Below, piece by piece: positions 1 to 17,056 of a stretch of 64,000 nt of DNA (position 1 is its first letter; each line of letters begins with the position of its first letter). A program made the position numbers and the translations under genes. The stretch comes from the human T2T-CHM13v2.0 reference genome, Homo sapiens: the NCBI RefSeq assembly GCF_009914755.1, contig NC_060926.1, one strand, 5' to 3'. The notes below the pieces were generated by a model. That model made no database searches. It was given only the letters and a program-made list of their open reading frames with translations, and was not told where the DNA came from.

Positions 1-1403
1 GGCAATTCTGGCAGAACAGGGCATCCACCGTGCCCCTCGGAAGGTGGCAGCTGTTCTTTATTGCCTTCTGAGAATCCAAAACGACTGTTGCCAGATTGCC
101 TGCTTCTCCAAAAGAGTTTGAAATCTGGAGTTGCATGTAAAATGTCACCAAAAAAAACCACATCTGTAGGTTCCTTCAGTCCAAGGGTCACGGTCCGGGG
201 CCACTGTGCTGTTGTTGGCTCTCTCCCCCGGTGTTCCTGTTTATAAAGAGGGGGTGCCAGTCATTGTGAGCCACGTGCTGCTTCTTTAGGAATTAATTAG
301 TCAGGGATTTGGAGCAGCTTTATACAAAGAACTTAGCTGTGTGAAAACACTCCTTGGCCCAAAGAAGAAATATTTTTAAAATCCCAACCCTAAGTGCTTA
401 ATCTGCTAAAATGTACAACAAATAAAAATAACGCTTGGAAAAGAGCTTGCTTCCTCTTTCAGAAGAGCCCCTGTGGCCTCTACAGTCTGACTACAGGGAA
501 GGGGCCTTTTCTGCCAGTGGTATGACAACAAGCCACAGACTTACCAAACCAAGTCAGAATTTGAAAGGAACTAGTTGACAGGTGGCATTCACTGCAGCTT
601 TATTACCTGGAAAATAGTTGCGTCCGTTGGAGATGTAGTGACAGCTTCTAGGGCTGATCCCCCATGGTGGGGCTGTCCTTTGAGCTCCTGCTCGGACACT
701 GCTGGGATCCAAAGGCCCAGGAGCCAGACTGTAAATGGAGCTGGAGAAGTCCTAGGAGACAACACAGCAGGCAGCCCAGGACAGTTGGCTACCTGACACA
801 TGTCTCCATGTTCTGGGTCCTGTTCTGGGGACAGTCCCAGAGGTAGCAATCTATACAAATATAATGTATGACTGCCTTGAGGTGCAAATAAGGCCATGTT
901 TCTCATTTTTATCATTAACTCCCATCTACCTTTATAAGCAGGAAATCTGATCATCTAAACATCCCTTTAAACCTCCTAAGAATCCTAAGCACTTGGTTCC
1001 AGGAAGTCAGTACTGTGTCTGCAGGTCTGATGGAGAGAATGGGGAAGCTCCCCTGACGATTGTTTCAGTGGCTGCCACAAGGTGTTGTTGTTGGAGACTG
1101 TTTTTGTGCAGACCTGCACACAGCTGCCCTACACTTTGGGCGGAGGCCCTTGCTGGTGCAGGCAGGTCTTTGCCAGCCCACAGTAGTGCTACATGCCTGG
1201 CAGTGTGAAGAAAGTGCAGGGCTGTAGGCCAGCGCTTGTTGCAGCACAAATTGGAATGGGGAGGGGCCGAGGGTGTGTCTAACCTGATTTCTCAGCTGGC
1301 CACCCTGAGATATCAGGCAGGCCACCAGAAATTCTGTTTCCATAAAGATCCCATAACTTTCTAGAAGGGCAGCAAAACTTAGACTGGCCTGCACTAAGAG
1401 AAG

Positions 1404-1610
1404 GCAGTGGGCGTGGTTAAGAGCACAGATTTTGAAATCAGATCTACTTTGGCTCAAATTTTGACCCTTTAATAGCTGTGTGATTTGGGGCAAGTTGTTT
1501 AATGTTTCTGGGCATCAGCTTCCTTGTCTATAAAATAAGGATAAAAACACCTATTTTATAGTTTGGAGAGCTAAGCCATGTAAAAAGCTCAGCATCGCGT
1601 CTAACCATGC
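1404..1610 (+). mobile_element. MIR SINE
   Basis: GTGGTTAAGAGCACAGATTTTGAAATCAGA and core GCTGTGTGATTTGGGGCAAGTTGTTTAA...TATAAAATAAGGATAA. Confidence 0.8.
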
Positions 1611-1634
1611 CAGATTCACAATGAAAATGGCCAC

Positions 1635-2279
1635 TGTTCGGGTGAAGGAAAAAACTCCACTGTTGCCCTCTGAAGATTTGCTGAAAATTCGACTCACAAA
1701 AGACAGATTCAGTGGAGGAAGAACATACACATTTATTTTATTAGAGTTAACGTGATAAGGGAGGCTTTAGGGTGAAGACCCAACCCCCCAGTGGGGTGTA
1801 GAGGCTTATATGGTCTAATTCTTTTTTTTTCTCTAACTTGCTTCAGAGGAAGATACCCTTCTTCTCAGGGGAAAGGGCGATGGGGAAGTGTGGATGATTT
1901 TAGAGGAGTAGTAAATGATGTTTAGGGGAATTCAATGGGCTTGAAGAACATACAATGGCCTGGGGCAAAGCTTGTTGGGCCCAGAGAATGGACAATGGTT
2001 TGTGACAAAAGTCCATCAGGTGTGTGGGCAGACACTAGTCTTTTTTCCTATAATATGGATTCAGTTAATGAAAACTCAGAGAAGGGGCTAAAGGCAATTC
2101 TTTTCATCTTTGGTAGGTGCAGACTTTAGGCAGAAAAGGGAGCTTCAGAGAACAGCGTCCTCCTATGCTTTGGGAGAGATGGGTGGGGAAGGGGAGGTCA
2201 GAGAGACCTTGAGGCTCCTTTTTCAGTTCAACATGTACAAATGGCCATATTTTGGGGTATTGGTTTTTGAGCCCCGATA
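1635..2279 (-). mobile_element. ERV1-class solo LTR (MER39/MER34 group)
   Basis: Minus strand begins TATCGGGGCTCAAAAACCAATACCCCAAAATATGG...CCTCAAGGTCTCTCTGACCT and ends CA; 4-bp TSD CCAC at 1631-1634 and 2280-2283. Confidence 0.8.
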
Positions 2280-2478
2280 CCACTCATAGGTGTTTTATTT
2301 AGGCATTAATTGTGCCATTGTTTTTAAAAAAACAAAAGGACCTGTTATAATTTGAAAACTGCAGACAATGAATACATTTTAGCTAGAAATTTTGATAAAT
2401 TGGATATATTGAATAAGGCTTTCAACCTGTTTTATATATTTTTTTAGTTTTTATTTATTTCTTATTATTATTTTTTTT

Positions 2479-2754
2479 AGAGACAGCGTCTTGCAATGTT
2501 GCCCAGGCTGTAGTACAGTAGCTATTCACAGGTGCAATCCCATTACTGATCAACACAGGAGTTTTGACCTGCTCAGTTTCTGACCTGGGCTGGTTCACTC
2601 CTCCTTAGGCAACCTGGTGGCACCCCCGCTCCACTTAGTGCAAACACCTAATGGTCACAGTGTGCTACAGCCCAAGGCTTCTGGGCTCCAGCACTGTTCC
2701 CGCCTCAGCCTCTCCAGTAGCTATGACTGCAGGTGTGTGCCCACCACACCCAGC
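2479..2754 (-). pseudogene. 7SL (SRP RNA) retropseudogene
   Basis: Alu-domain ends plus 7SL-specific S-domain sequence (plus strand GAGTTTTGACCTGCTCAGTTTCTGACCTGGGCTGGTTCACTCCTCCTTAGGCAACCTGGTGG; GCTATTCACAGG); T-rich tail upstream on plus strand; ~25 nt internal deletion near 2632. Confidence 0.93.
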
Positions 2755-3324
2755 TATATTCTTATTTTTAAAGATCAAAATCATAGAACAAATGTTTACT
2801 CTCAAGTCCTATTCAGTGATGACCTTGTGTAGTACTTGACATAGAGTTAAGTTGTCACAGTGTCTGGTTTTTAGCTCTTGTGCTCTTAGACAACATAAAT
2901 GCAGACAGTCATGGAAGGGCTGCCCAGCCCACGCTACCACCTCTGAGCCCTTACATAAGCTCTGTCAGGTTTACCTTCCTGCTCTGGATTGATTTCTCCA
3001 TAGAGGACCTTGCCTCCTGCTTTGCTGAAAAATCAGAAGCATGAGGCAGGAACTGCCTCAACTTCCTGCTGCCAAATCTCAAGTCTCCTGAATCCAGCTT
3101 CCCATTTTGCCCTCCCCTTGTCCAGGTGGCGCAGTCCCTCAAGGCCAGCGCCCCCACACCCTTTCACCTCTTTCCTCCTGCCTTCTCAGGACACTTGCAT
3201 TAACCATCACTCCAGATCACTCTGTATTTTCAACCTCACTTTTTCCCGGATTCTTCCAATTGGCATCAGACTACGTTCAAAATTCATTAAAGATAAGAAA
3301 GTGAAGATCCTTTTATCCACCACT

Positions 3325-3680
3325 ATTAATTAGGAAGCAGGTTTGACTGCTATAAAGTCCCCAAATAATCAAATCCACTTAAAAAGCTTAAACAAGATGA
3401 AAGTTTACTTATTTCTCACATAAGCTGGCAGGGCAATACCTTAGTGGCAGGGAGCTCAGCTTCTTAAGGGTCCTCACTCCACCATTCCTAGGGGTGGCCT
3501 TGTCTCCACAGTTCATGATAACTCTCACTGCTGTAAGCAGCATCGGGAAAGAGGGATGGGGAGATGGAGAGCCCTTCCACATGAGGGTGTGACTTCCAAT
3601 CACCTCCCAACAGGCCAGAATTTAGCAACATGGCCATGCTTAGCTGCAAGGAAGGCTGGGGATCAGCCATTATTCTGGTA
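3325..3680 (-). mobile_element. Old MLT1 (MaLR) LTR fragment
   Basis: GCTTAAACAAGATGAAAGTTTACTTATTTCTCACA and CATGGCCATGCTTAGCTGCAAGGAAGGCTGGG, antisense MLT1 motifs. Confidence 0.6.
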
Positions 3681-3686
3681 CCCAGT

Positions 3687-3956
3687 TGATACCGTTTGGA
3701 TATTTGTCCCTGCCCAAATCTCATGTTGAAATGTAATCCCCAATGCTGGAGGTGGGGCCTGGTGGGAGGTGTTTGGATCATGGGGGTGGATCCCTCGTGA
3801 GTGGCTTGGATCATCTCTTTGGTAATAAGCGAGCTCACACTTTAGTTCACACGAGATCTTTTCTTTATAAATTAATGAACCAATTAAACCTCTTTTCTTT
3901 ATAAATTACCCAGTCTCAAGTATTTCTTTATAGCAATACAAGAATGCCCTAATATA
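3687..3956 (+). mobile_element. MSTA-type MaLR solo LTR with internal deletion
   Basis: TGATACCGTTTGGATATTTGTCCC...AATTAAACCTCTTTTCTTTATAAATTACCCAGTCTC; perfect 5-bp TSD CCAGT (3682-3686, 3957-3961). Confidence 0.9.
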
Positions 3957-4190
3957 CCAGTTAAACACAGAGACTCTATTAATGTACCAGGAGGGAGAAT
4001 GGGTATAGGGTACAGCAAGCAAGTCTACTCCTGCACACCTTATCCCCCCTAAGAACAGCCCAATCTCAATTTTCTCCTTCTCACCCCAAGTTTTCAAATG
4101 AGTTGTCCACATTCATCATCTCTACTTCCTCTCTGTGTTTGTTTTCCACATAGAAGAGAATTTGCAAAAGTGTTTTGAAGCAAGGGAGAA

Positions 4191-4303
4191 TTTTTTTTCT
4201 CATGTCAGATGCATAATGTGCTGACATATAACAATGTTTGAGGGAGGCACATCTCATTCATAAGCGTGAAAACCCAGTCATTATGCATAACTGCAAAAGG
4301 ATC
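4191..4303 (-). pseudogene. U13 (SNORD13) snoRNA retropseudogene
   Basis: Minus strand GATCCTTTTGCAGTTATGCATAATGACTGGGTTTTCACGCTTATGAATGAGATGTGCCTCCCTCAAACATTGTTATATGTCAGCACATTATGCATCTGAC is collinear with U13 as recalled; short A tail; TSD AGGGAGAAT/AGAGAGAAT. Confidence 0.88.
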
Positions 4304-4678
4304 AGAGAGAATATTATACAAGTTCATTCCTTGAAGGTGGGACTAGGGGTGGGTTGAGCTGCTTAAGAAGACCTGGAAGGCGAGGTCCAGGGAGCTAAGT
4401 AAAGCCATGGAAGGAGCTGTTGTTGTCCAGGGATGGGCTGAGTCAAGGAGGCACAACCAGGAGGCAACCCATGCTGGGGGCTGAGAGAATTGGATCGTGT
4501 GTGAAACTGAAGGAAGGAGAGGACACACGTGGTAGGAAGAGGGGATCAGACAAGTGTGGGGGAGGCAGATGGGAGGCAGTGAAGGTGCCTTTTAAATTCC
4601 TGATCTCATGCTTTGTAAATGTGGTGATGGGGGCACCTTTTCACATGGTACCAACCGTGCTTTCCCAGAATGGGGTAG

Positions 4679-5088
<410 letters not shown>

Positions 5089-5171
5089 TAACCCACGCTT
5101 GGAGCATTGCGGATGAAACTTATGAAATCTTTGAAAACATAGCCTTTTAGATCAATGCAAAGCACACGTTA

Positions 5172-5495
<324 letters not shown>

Positions 5496-5524
5496 AGATA
5501 AATCTGGATAATTTCTGAGTCACA

Positions 5525-5665
5525 CTGCGAGGGATCAAATCCTGGCTTCTATACGATATACGAATTTGCTCTGCAGCTTTGGGCAAGTGACTTCGCCCCT
5601 CTGTTCTTAATTTATAAAGTGGAGATAATAAGAATACATTTAGTTCCAGTAAGGTTGTTGAAACT
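5525..5665 (+). mobile_element. MIR fragment
   Basis: TCAAATCCTGGCTTC...CTTTGGGCAAGTGACTT...TAAAGTGGAGATAATAA. Confidence 0.65.
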
Positions 5666-6111
5666 AACATAAAACCCAATCCAAATGGGCTTTAACAGGA
5701 AAAGGGAAATTACAGGCTTATGTAATTCAAAAGATCTAATGGTAGCATTCAGGTGTGGTTTGATCAAGACTCCGGTTCAGTTTCTCTGAGATTTCCTTTG
5801 ACTTTGATCATAGCAGCAAATTGGGTAGGAACGCAGATTCCCCTTTGCACAGCCTGCCATCTAGGAAAGGATGTTCACACCCAGCATTCCTGTCCGTGGT
5901 TCTAAGACTCACTCTAGCTGGACTGGAATGGTGACCACCCACAGAACCTCATTGTGGGCAGGGTTAATGGGCTGAGCCTAGGGCCACACCCCACCCATGG
6001 AACCAGGTATGGAATTGGCTTCCCTGGAACCTACTGGACTCCTCTCAGAAGTCAGAGGCTGCTGGGAAGAAGGAAGGGAAAATACAAGCATGGGAAGCAA
6101 GCTAGAGGAAT

Positions 6112-6672
6112 TGTTACCGACCACAGGTTCTTAGGCACCCATGCAATAGCAATTGACAGGAGGCCAAACAAGTTTCCCAGACAAGACTTTATGGGCGCTT
6201 GTGCTCCAACACAAGGAAACTAGCCCACAAGCAAGAGTTCTTGGCTGGCCCCACTGAGGGGAGTGCATTTCGGTGTCTTAAGGAGGGTGACATGCATAAT
6301 TCATGAGGTAGGTGAGCCTCACTACATGTGCGGGGTGGAGTACAGGGTGTGCAGGCATGGTAAGGAATCATGCCAACACATACTGTTGTGTGAGCAGAAA
6401 ATAGCAGATAAGCCCTCCTCTGGGCAGGGATTTTAGTATTATAATGAGGCAAGGGGCAAATATCATTCTTCGGATCTTATGTGCATGCAGGCTGTAGGAT
6501 TAACTCCCTTGAGTAAGATTTAGGGTGGATGCTGCTTATCTTAGATTCTTCAAGATCGCAAGGTCAGCGGGGATGCGTTAGAGTGATGGTGGTGCAAAGT
6601 CTGCTAATTGACAGGTGTGGGAGTGGGGGCCTCATTCCAGTGAGGGCTGAGTCCTGTCCCTATGCTGTCTCA
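6112..6672 (-). mobile_element. ERV1-class solo LTR (MER66-like; family uncertain)
   Basis: Minus strand starts TGAGACAG and ends GGTAACA; near-perfect 4-bp TSD GAAT/CAAT; ~560 bp. Confidence 0.7.
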
Positions 6673-7010
6673 CAATCTGCTATATCCATGCACACTGTTT
6701 TGACCCATGACTCCTCCCCCAGCAGTTATGGCCTTCTGGTGTCCTAAGTTAACCTTAAAGAAGCAACATAGAGCTAGTTTGTCATGGGAAATTTTGACAG
6801 ACTCATAAAGGAAAAGACATGATAGGTCACAGCAATGCCATGTCTATACTCATTTCCAAGAACCACATTGTAACCCACATGTGTATTGGTTGTGAAACTC
6901 TTAAACTCTTTCTCCAGGGCCAGAGTATGACTTTTGTGGGTCTCCATTTTTGCCTTCATCATCCCTTTCTTCTATAAATAGTACTAAGAACTATATTACT
7001 AAGTTGATAC

Positions 7011-7825
<815 letters not shown>

Positions 7826-8328
7826 GTATGTCTGTATTAACATTATATATTAAAACATTGTCTTCTAGTTAAAAAAAAATTGAAGCATTTTCATGAGCCA
7901 CTAAAATTATCATGAACTCTGGGCTCTGCCCCAGCTGTGCCTGATGGATGGGTCCACCCTGCCTTTATTCCCAATGCACTACAGGAGAAAAGTTTCAATG
8001 TGCACCTTGCCGAGAATTTCATCTTCTTTATGTTGCCCATGGCATTTTCTGAGCAGCTTTCCTGGAGCTCTGTCTGCCATCTTGCTTATGAAAACCCCAA
8101 GTTGTGTAATGGTTACCTGACAGAATGGGAATCCAGATCTCCTTCAGGATACAGCAGGATGGAGGCCTGCAGAGATGGCCTGAAAATAAGTAGCTGGATC
8201 CTAAAAGAGTGGAAAGGCAAGTGTTCTGTGCAGTGTTCAGGCATTGAAGCCGTCCTCTTAGTGAATGAGGAAAGAGGAAGAACCCTAAAATGATCCCAAT
8301 GGCCTGCACACCTTCCTTCCTTCTGTTA

Positions 8329-8898
<570 letters not shown>

Positions 8899-9462
8899 AT
8901 AATTTTCATCTTTTTTTTTCTTTATCCTTTCATTCTTACAAAACTTGCACATGGTAACCAATAGCTCCATTCTAGGGTGAAGGAAAGAGCCTGAGTCTCT
9001 GCTGTGGCTGGGGACAGGAAATGCACCCACCTGCCAAGCTGCTGGTGACACCTGGTGGCAGCCAGGAAGCCCCAGACTCCTGAGGGAGGAGCAGTGTCCC
9101 TATTCTCCGGCCCCCAGGTGAGAGTTCCCAGCACTGGCTGGCCTGCTGGGCTGAGCAGGTATCTGGGGATGAGGACTTAGGAGTATGAAGGCCAAGGGCT
9201 CCCTGGGAGGGAAGAGAAGGTTTCTCCAGAGATGTTCACAGGGCGTGGGATCTCTAGGTAGTAAAAGGAATGCAACCTGGCTTCTTGCTCCCAGAAGGTG
9301 AAGCCAGACGTATTGTGATGTGTGGCAATCTAAATGACAAAATACTTTGTGGACACGGTTGGGAAGTACAGATAATGACATTACATCATGTCCATTACAT
9401 AAACGAAGTGAAAAAAAGGTAGATACAAAAATAAGACTACAAATGACAGTTTGAAAAGAATG

Positions 9463-9463
<1 letters not shown>

Positions 9464-9500
<37 letters not shown>
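9464..9500 (+). repeat. (TG)n microsatellite, ~18 units
   Basis: Pure TG run. Confidence 0.98.
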
Positions 9501-9502
<2 letters not shown>

Positions 9503-10018
9503 CAGGTATGAATAAGTCCACAAACTATATGGGCAAGACATATTTGATTCCTTTATTTCCTTTTAATCAACTTAGTCCTGCCTCTGAGCTCTCATTCATC
9601 CTGATAAAAATTTGTCCCCAGTTATTTTTAGGGTTTCCCACTGCCATGGTTGTGCTGGGGTCTCTCGTCCATAGCTGCAAAACACTGGCATTCTCCTGTG
9701 ATTTTTGAGTCCATGGATACAGCCTTCTTCCACTCCACACAGTCCGTGGAAGCCCCCCATCTGGCTGGGGTACACGAATCAATCTTGGTGGGCCCGGAGA
9801 CTCGATTCCTCAGAGGCACCCTCTGCAGCGTCACCCCGGAAGTCTTGCCACACCACCCACCCCCCATTCTCACCTCTCCTTTCTGCCTTCTTCCTTCTCT
9901 CCCACCTGCCCCTCAGAACACATACTCTTGAATGAGTTTAAGTTTTTCAAGAGGAAGAAGTACATCAGCCTTGCTGAAATAATCGAATAAGGGGATACCA
10001 GCAACATGGAAACCAGAA

Positions 10019-10271
<253 letters not shown>

Positions 10272-10464
10272 TCAGGGAAAGGAGGTTAAATAAAGCTGGA
10301 TTTCCATCTGAAAAGGGAGATAGAGGGGAAATATGGACAATAACATATGAAGTAAGAGTCAGAAAAAAATCTGTACATGTAAATAGATGTATATGGAATC
10401 ACCTCATAATGTCACGGTGATTGTTTATGGAGAGTGAGGTTGCAGGTGAGTTTTATTTTCGACC

Positions 10465-11097
10465 CCACCTCTGGTACTCATGACCTTTGTGTGGCCCTCT
10501 CCCACTCTGTAACAGGGCGAGTTTGGGTGACCTATAGAATACAGCAGAAGTGAAGGTTCGTCACTCCCCACTGAGGCTATATAAAGGGCTGTAGTTTCCA
10601 TCTTGGACACTGTCTCTCTTGCTCTTTCTCTCACATCATTTATTCTTAAGGGAAATTTTGTCCTGAGAAGCACTATAGAGGGGCCCAGCCATGGCCTCCT
10701 GCCAACAGCCACATGAGTGAGCTTAGAACCAGACCCTAGCAGGCCACTGATGCAATCCATCTGTAGTCCCAGCTAGTTGGGAGGCTGAGGCTAGAGAATT
10801 ACTTGAGCCCAGGAGTTCAAGGCAGCAGTGAGCTATGATCACAACGCTGAAAAAGCAGCAGATCCTGCAACCTGCCAAGGCTTCACATGAGAATAGCCCT
10901 GACAACATCTGGACTGCAACCTCTTGAGACTCCCTGAGTCAGAACTACCCAGCATATTTCAGACGAGACCATAAAAGAGGAAGAAAAGAACCACCTGGCT
11001 GAGCTGCTCTCAGTGATAGTGAGATAACAGATGTTTGATATTTTAAGCTGCTGGGTTTTGGAGATAACCTGTTACACAACAACAAATAACTAACACA
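10465..11097 (+). mobile_element. MLT1F-type MaLR LTR
   Basis: GCCAACAGCCACATGAGTGAGCTTAGAA...TTTAAGCTGCTGGGTTTTGGAGATAACCTGTTACACAACAACAAATAACTAACACA. Confidence 0.8.
10742..10856 (+). mobile_element. FAM/FRAM Alu-monomer fragment inside MLT1F
   Basis: CTGTAGTCCCAGCTAGTTGGGAGGCTGAGG...GCAGTGAGCTATGATCAC. Confidence 0.8.
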
Positions 11098-11544
11098 GTA
11101 TTTTCCCCGCAATTTTCAAGTTCTATATAATGTACATATATTGCCTTACAACCAGAAAAAAAATGTTTTCAAAGATCAAGTAAATCCTTCATTCCAGTGT
11201 GATACAGAACAACCTGTTCAGTTGTCTGTCTGAGTACCATCACTGCTTTGCACACCTGTACCCACTGAAGTCCATGTGGTAAGACACCAGCTACACACCA
11301 GGGAGGCCTGAACAGGGGTTGGTCTTAATTTGGTTTTGCCAGAGAACTTCGTGTTGCAAAACATCCCATAAAAAGGGATGATTCTTTTCGTGTGATGCAG
11401 GTCTTGCAAATGTAGCCAAAAATCAGTTAATTCCCTCAGGAAATTGGATAACATTTAAACCTGGTTAACTGCCTCAAACGTTGTATAAAGTAATAAATAG
11501 CATTTGACTATTACCAACAGCTACATTTTGTTTATAGAGGATTT

Positions 11545-11728
11545 TCTTTCTTTTATTTTTTTTTATTATTATTTTTTTTTAGAGACAAGGTCTCCTTCTG
11601 TCGCCCAAGCTGGAGTGCAGTGGTGCAATCACGGCTCATTGCAGCCTCAACCTCCCAGGCTCAAATGATCCTCCCAGCTCAGCTTTTTGGGCACCTGGAA
11701 CTACAGGCACATGTCACCACACCCAGCT
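11545..11728 (-). mobile_element. FRAM / AluJ right monomer
   Basis: Single right arm with T-rich tail. Confidence 0.88.
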
Positions 11729-11789
11729 TGGATTTCCCAAAATTGGAAATGTACATTTTTCTTTTGAAGGTCAGTGGGCCTAGAACAAA

Positions 11790-11945
11790 ATGTGGCATGG
11801 TAGGGAGAATGCTGTCCTTGAACCTGAAGCCTTCCCTCTGCCAGGAACAGCTCTGTGGCTCTGCAACAAGTCACTTTGCCTCTCTGGCCAGTTTCCTTAT
11901 ATGTAAAACAGCAGTGTTGAATATACTATCTCTAATGACTCCAAA
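11790..11945 (+). mobile_element. MIR/MIR3 fragment
   Basis: CAAGTCACTTTGCCTCTCTGGCCAGTTTCCTTATATGTAAAA. Confidence 0.6.
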
Positions 11946-12033
11946 AATTTGTTACCCTATATAGTCTTGCTTTAACCTACCATGGTATTTTGGCTCTTGA
12001 ATGACAAGCCTGAGCCCCCACTCATGATGGATG

Positions 12034-12233
12034 TTGCACTATCCAGTATGGAGGCCACTATGTGCATGTGGCTAAATTCAAATTAATTTAAATGAACTAA
12101 AATTAAAATGTATTTCTCTGTTGCAGTAGCCATGTTTCAGGTGCTCCATAGCACCTGCAGCCAGTGGCGATGTATGACACAGCGCAGAGTTAGAGCACTT
12201 CCACCATCACAGAAAGTTCTACTGGACAGCTGC
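12034..12233. mobile_element. MER3 hAT-Charlie MITE
   Basis: CATGTGGCTAAATTCAAATTAATTT...CCATCACAGAAAGTTCTACTGGACAGC. Confidence 0.85.
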
Positions 12234-12244
12234 TCTAGGGCCTC

Positions 12245-12739
<495 letters not shown>

Positions 12740-12806
12740 CTATAGGGAATGTTCTCTGCTGAGCAGGTGACTGGAAGGACAGAGTGGTGGTTAGATGTGT
12801 GTCCTC

Positions 12807-13330
<524 letters not shown>

Positions 13331-13379
13331 TGGGGTTCTGCAAGGTTTCAGGTTTCTGACAACCCCAGGCCTTGAGATC

Positions 13380-13840
13380 CAATGCAGACAACAGGCCAAG
13401 AGCGGCTCTTCTCCTTTCTGCCACAGGGTGGCGCTGTGTCACAACGTCCTTTCCTCTCCCGCAGACTTGGAGCTGGCTCCCCGGCAGGAAACCAGAATTT
13501 GAGATTTCCGCTGTCTCTGTTTCCGATTACTAAGCACGACCGGGCAGCCTGGACACCGATCCAAGCATTCATCTGGCAGATAATAGGAAAACAGTCCTCA
13601 GCTTTGTATCCAGTTGGAATGCAAAAGTAAGGGTCGAACCAAGAGTTCAATAAGGGCTGTGTGAAAGTGGTCGTGGAAGCCGGAGACTCCTGATGGAGGG
13701 CTGGGGGCAGGGAAGTTTCGGATTTTCTGTATCAGCTGTGCAACGACTTGTGTTCCTTGAACCACATGTTCAAACTACAGCCCTTTGCTGGCCAAGTATA
13801 TGGGTGTGTGTGTGGGCGGGGAGTCGGGGTGGGGAGCCTG
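13380..13840. promoter_or_regulatory. Candidate cis-regulatory element (CTCF-like site, GC box/G4, retained CpGs)
   Basis: CCACAGGGTGGCGCTG at 13421-13436; GGGCGGGGAGTCGGGGTGGGG at 13814-13834; ~17 CpGs in ~450 bp of non-repeat sequence. Confidence 0.45.
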
Positions 13841-13879
13841 TGGGAGGTGTGGGTGTGAGAAGGAGAGACAGAGAGAGGA

Positions 13880-14365
<486 letters not shown>

Positions 14366-15579
14366 ACCCTAAACTGAAAAGCTCACCTGGACCAAATTAG
14401 ATACTCCTAGTTCAAGAGAAGGACATCACTCCAGAGGAAGTTCCTTTAACACCCCACCCATGGTGACACCCTCAGCACTCTTAGGAACCTCTTAAGTCCC
14501 CCTTGGGCCATGTCAGGGGACTTGTCAGCCTGAAACCCCATGTGGACAGGAAAAGTGGCTACAGGGCCAGGAGCTAGGGTTATTCCCAAGTTAAGGTCCC
14601 CACTTCCCTCCAGACTCTTAATTCATAACTCTTGCTGTGTCCTGAGAAGGGTGATTAAGACCCTCAAAACCCTGCTTAGTCCCACTTGTGGCACCAAACC
14701 TGCGGAGAGCACTCTTTTTGCCTGATGCCACCAGTCCAAAGCAGAGTCACTTCCCCCTAGAAATAGGAAACAGCAGAGGTCTGGATGATTCTGATGGGGG
14801 TGTTGGACATTTCAGAGGGAGGGTGGACAACTCAGATGGGACCCCCACTGGTTGATACAGGCTGATTGGAACAGTCATGACCAGAGAGAGTGTCCTAAGA
14901 ACAAGCCTGTGTCCTCCTCTGAGTTCCTCAGGCACTAGGGCCTCTGCATGTATGGCACTGATCATATACTGCCTGGCCATGAGTCGTGAGCTTTGCTATT
15001 CTTTTAAAAAGAGTATGTGGCCCAATCAGGATGTGCCAGGCTCAGCACCAAGCTTGAATGGGAGCCCACATCCTCACAATGGGGAAAACACGCAGATGTC
15101 AAAGCACATCTCACATATGTGTAGTGGGCCTATGTATGCAGCTGCCAGGCTCTGAGCCTTCTTTGAGTTCCCCTAAAACCTAGTTTCCCAAGCAGTGCAG
15201 TGAGGCCCACTGGTGGGCCATGAGATGAGTAAGGGAGGCCAGAAGCTAATGTTTTAAGTCTAAATAGTTTTAAGGAATAGCTATCTTTATAAGGTTGAGA
15301 TAAAGATAAAATAAATTTGGTAAAAGTAAGGTGAGTTGATTTAGAGAACAATAATAGGCTATAGGATAAGTGCTTATCTGAAGTTTGGGAAACACTGGCC
15401 AACAGAATTCACACATGCAAAAGTGTGGGTGAGTAACGGAGACTTCACTGGAGACTTCATGGTAGCAATTGAGGAGGGGTCTTTATGTAGCACAGCCCAC
15501 ATCCCACACAGCCATAGGACCCCACAGGACTCATTTTCATTCTTCCCAAGTCCATTCATGGCCACACAGTCACGGGATC

Positions 15580-16187
<608 letters not shown>

Positions 16188-16424
16188 TGGGTCTTTTTAT
16201 TGTCTGTGTTTCTGCCACTTGGGTGCAGATTCCTGGCTCCATACAGGGGCCACACCCTACATCACCACCTTCAGTTCTTTCCCTTTATTATGAAGAAGAT
16301 TCAGCTGTCTCCCAAATTCCACCCCAAACTCTGAAACTGGGGAAAGTTTATATAGTTTATATTGTAAAGGTCAATGAATACCAGTAAAGCCATTTTAAAA
16401 AAAATGCTTTATTAATGAAGATAG

Positions 16425-17056
<632 letters not shown>

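Noticed and set aside
240-305. TATAAA, CACGTG and TAATTA motifs suggesting a promoter
   Set aside because: Short motifs without CpG enrichment or a supportable downstream exon.
3119-3135. CAGGTGGCGC CTCF-like core
   Set aside because: The 5' CCA part of the motif is missing; too weak.
15180-15397. Possible hAT MITE (TAGTTTCCCA ... GGGAAACACTG termini)
   Set aside because: Plausible, but the family could not be identified from memory, so it is not listed as a feature.
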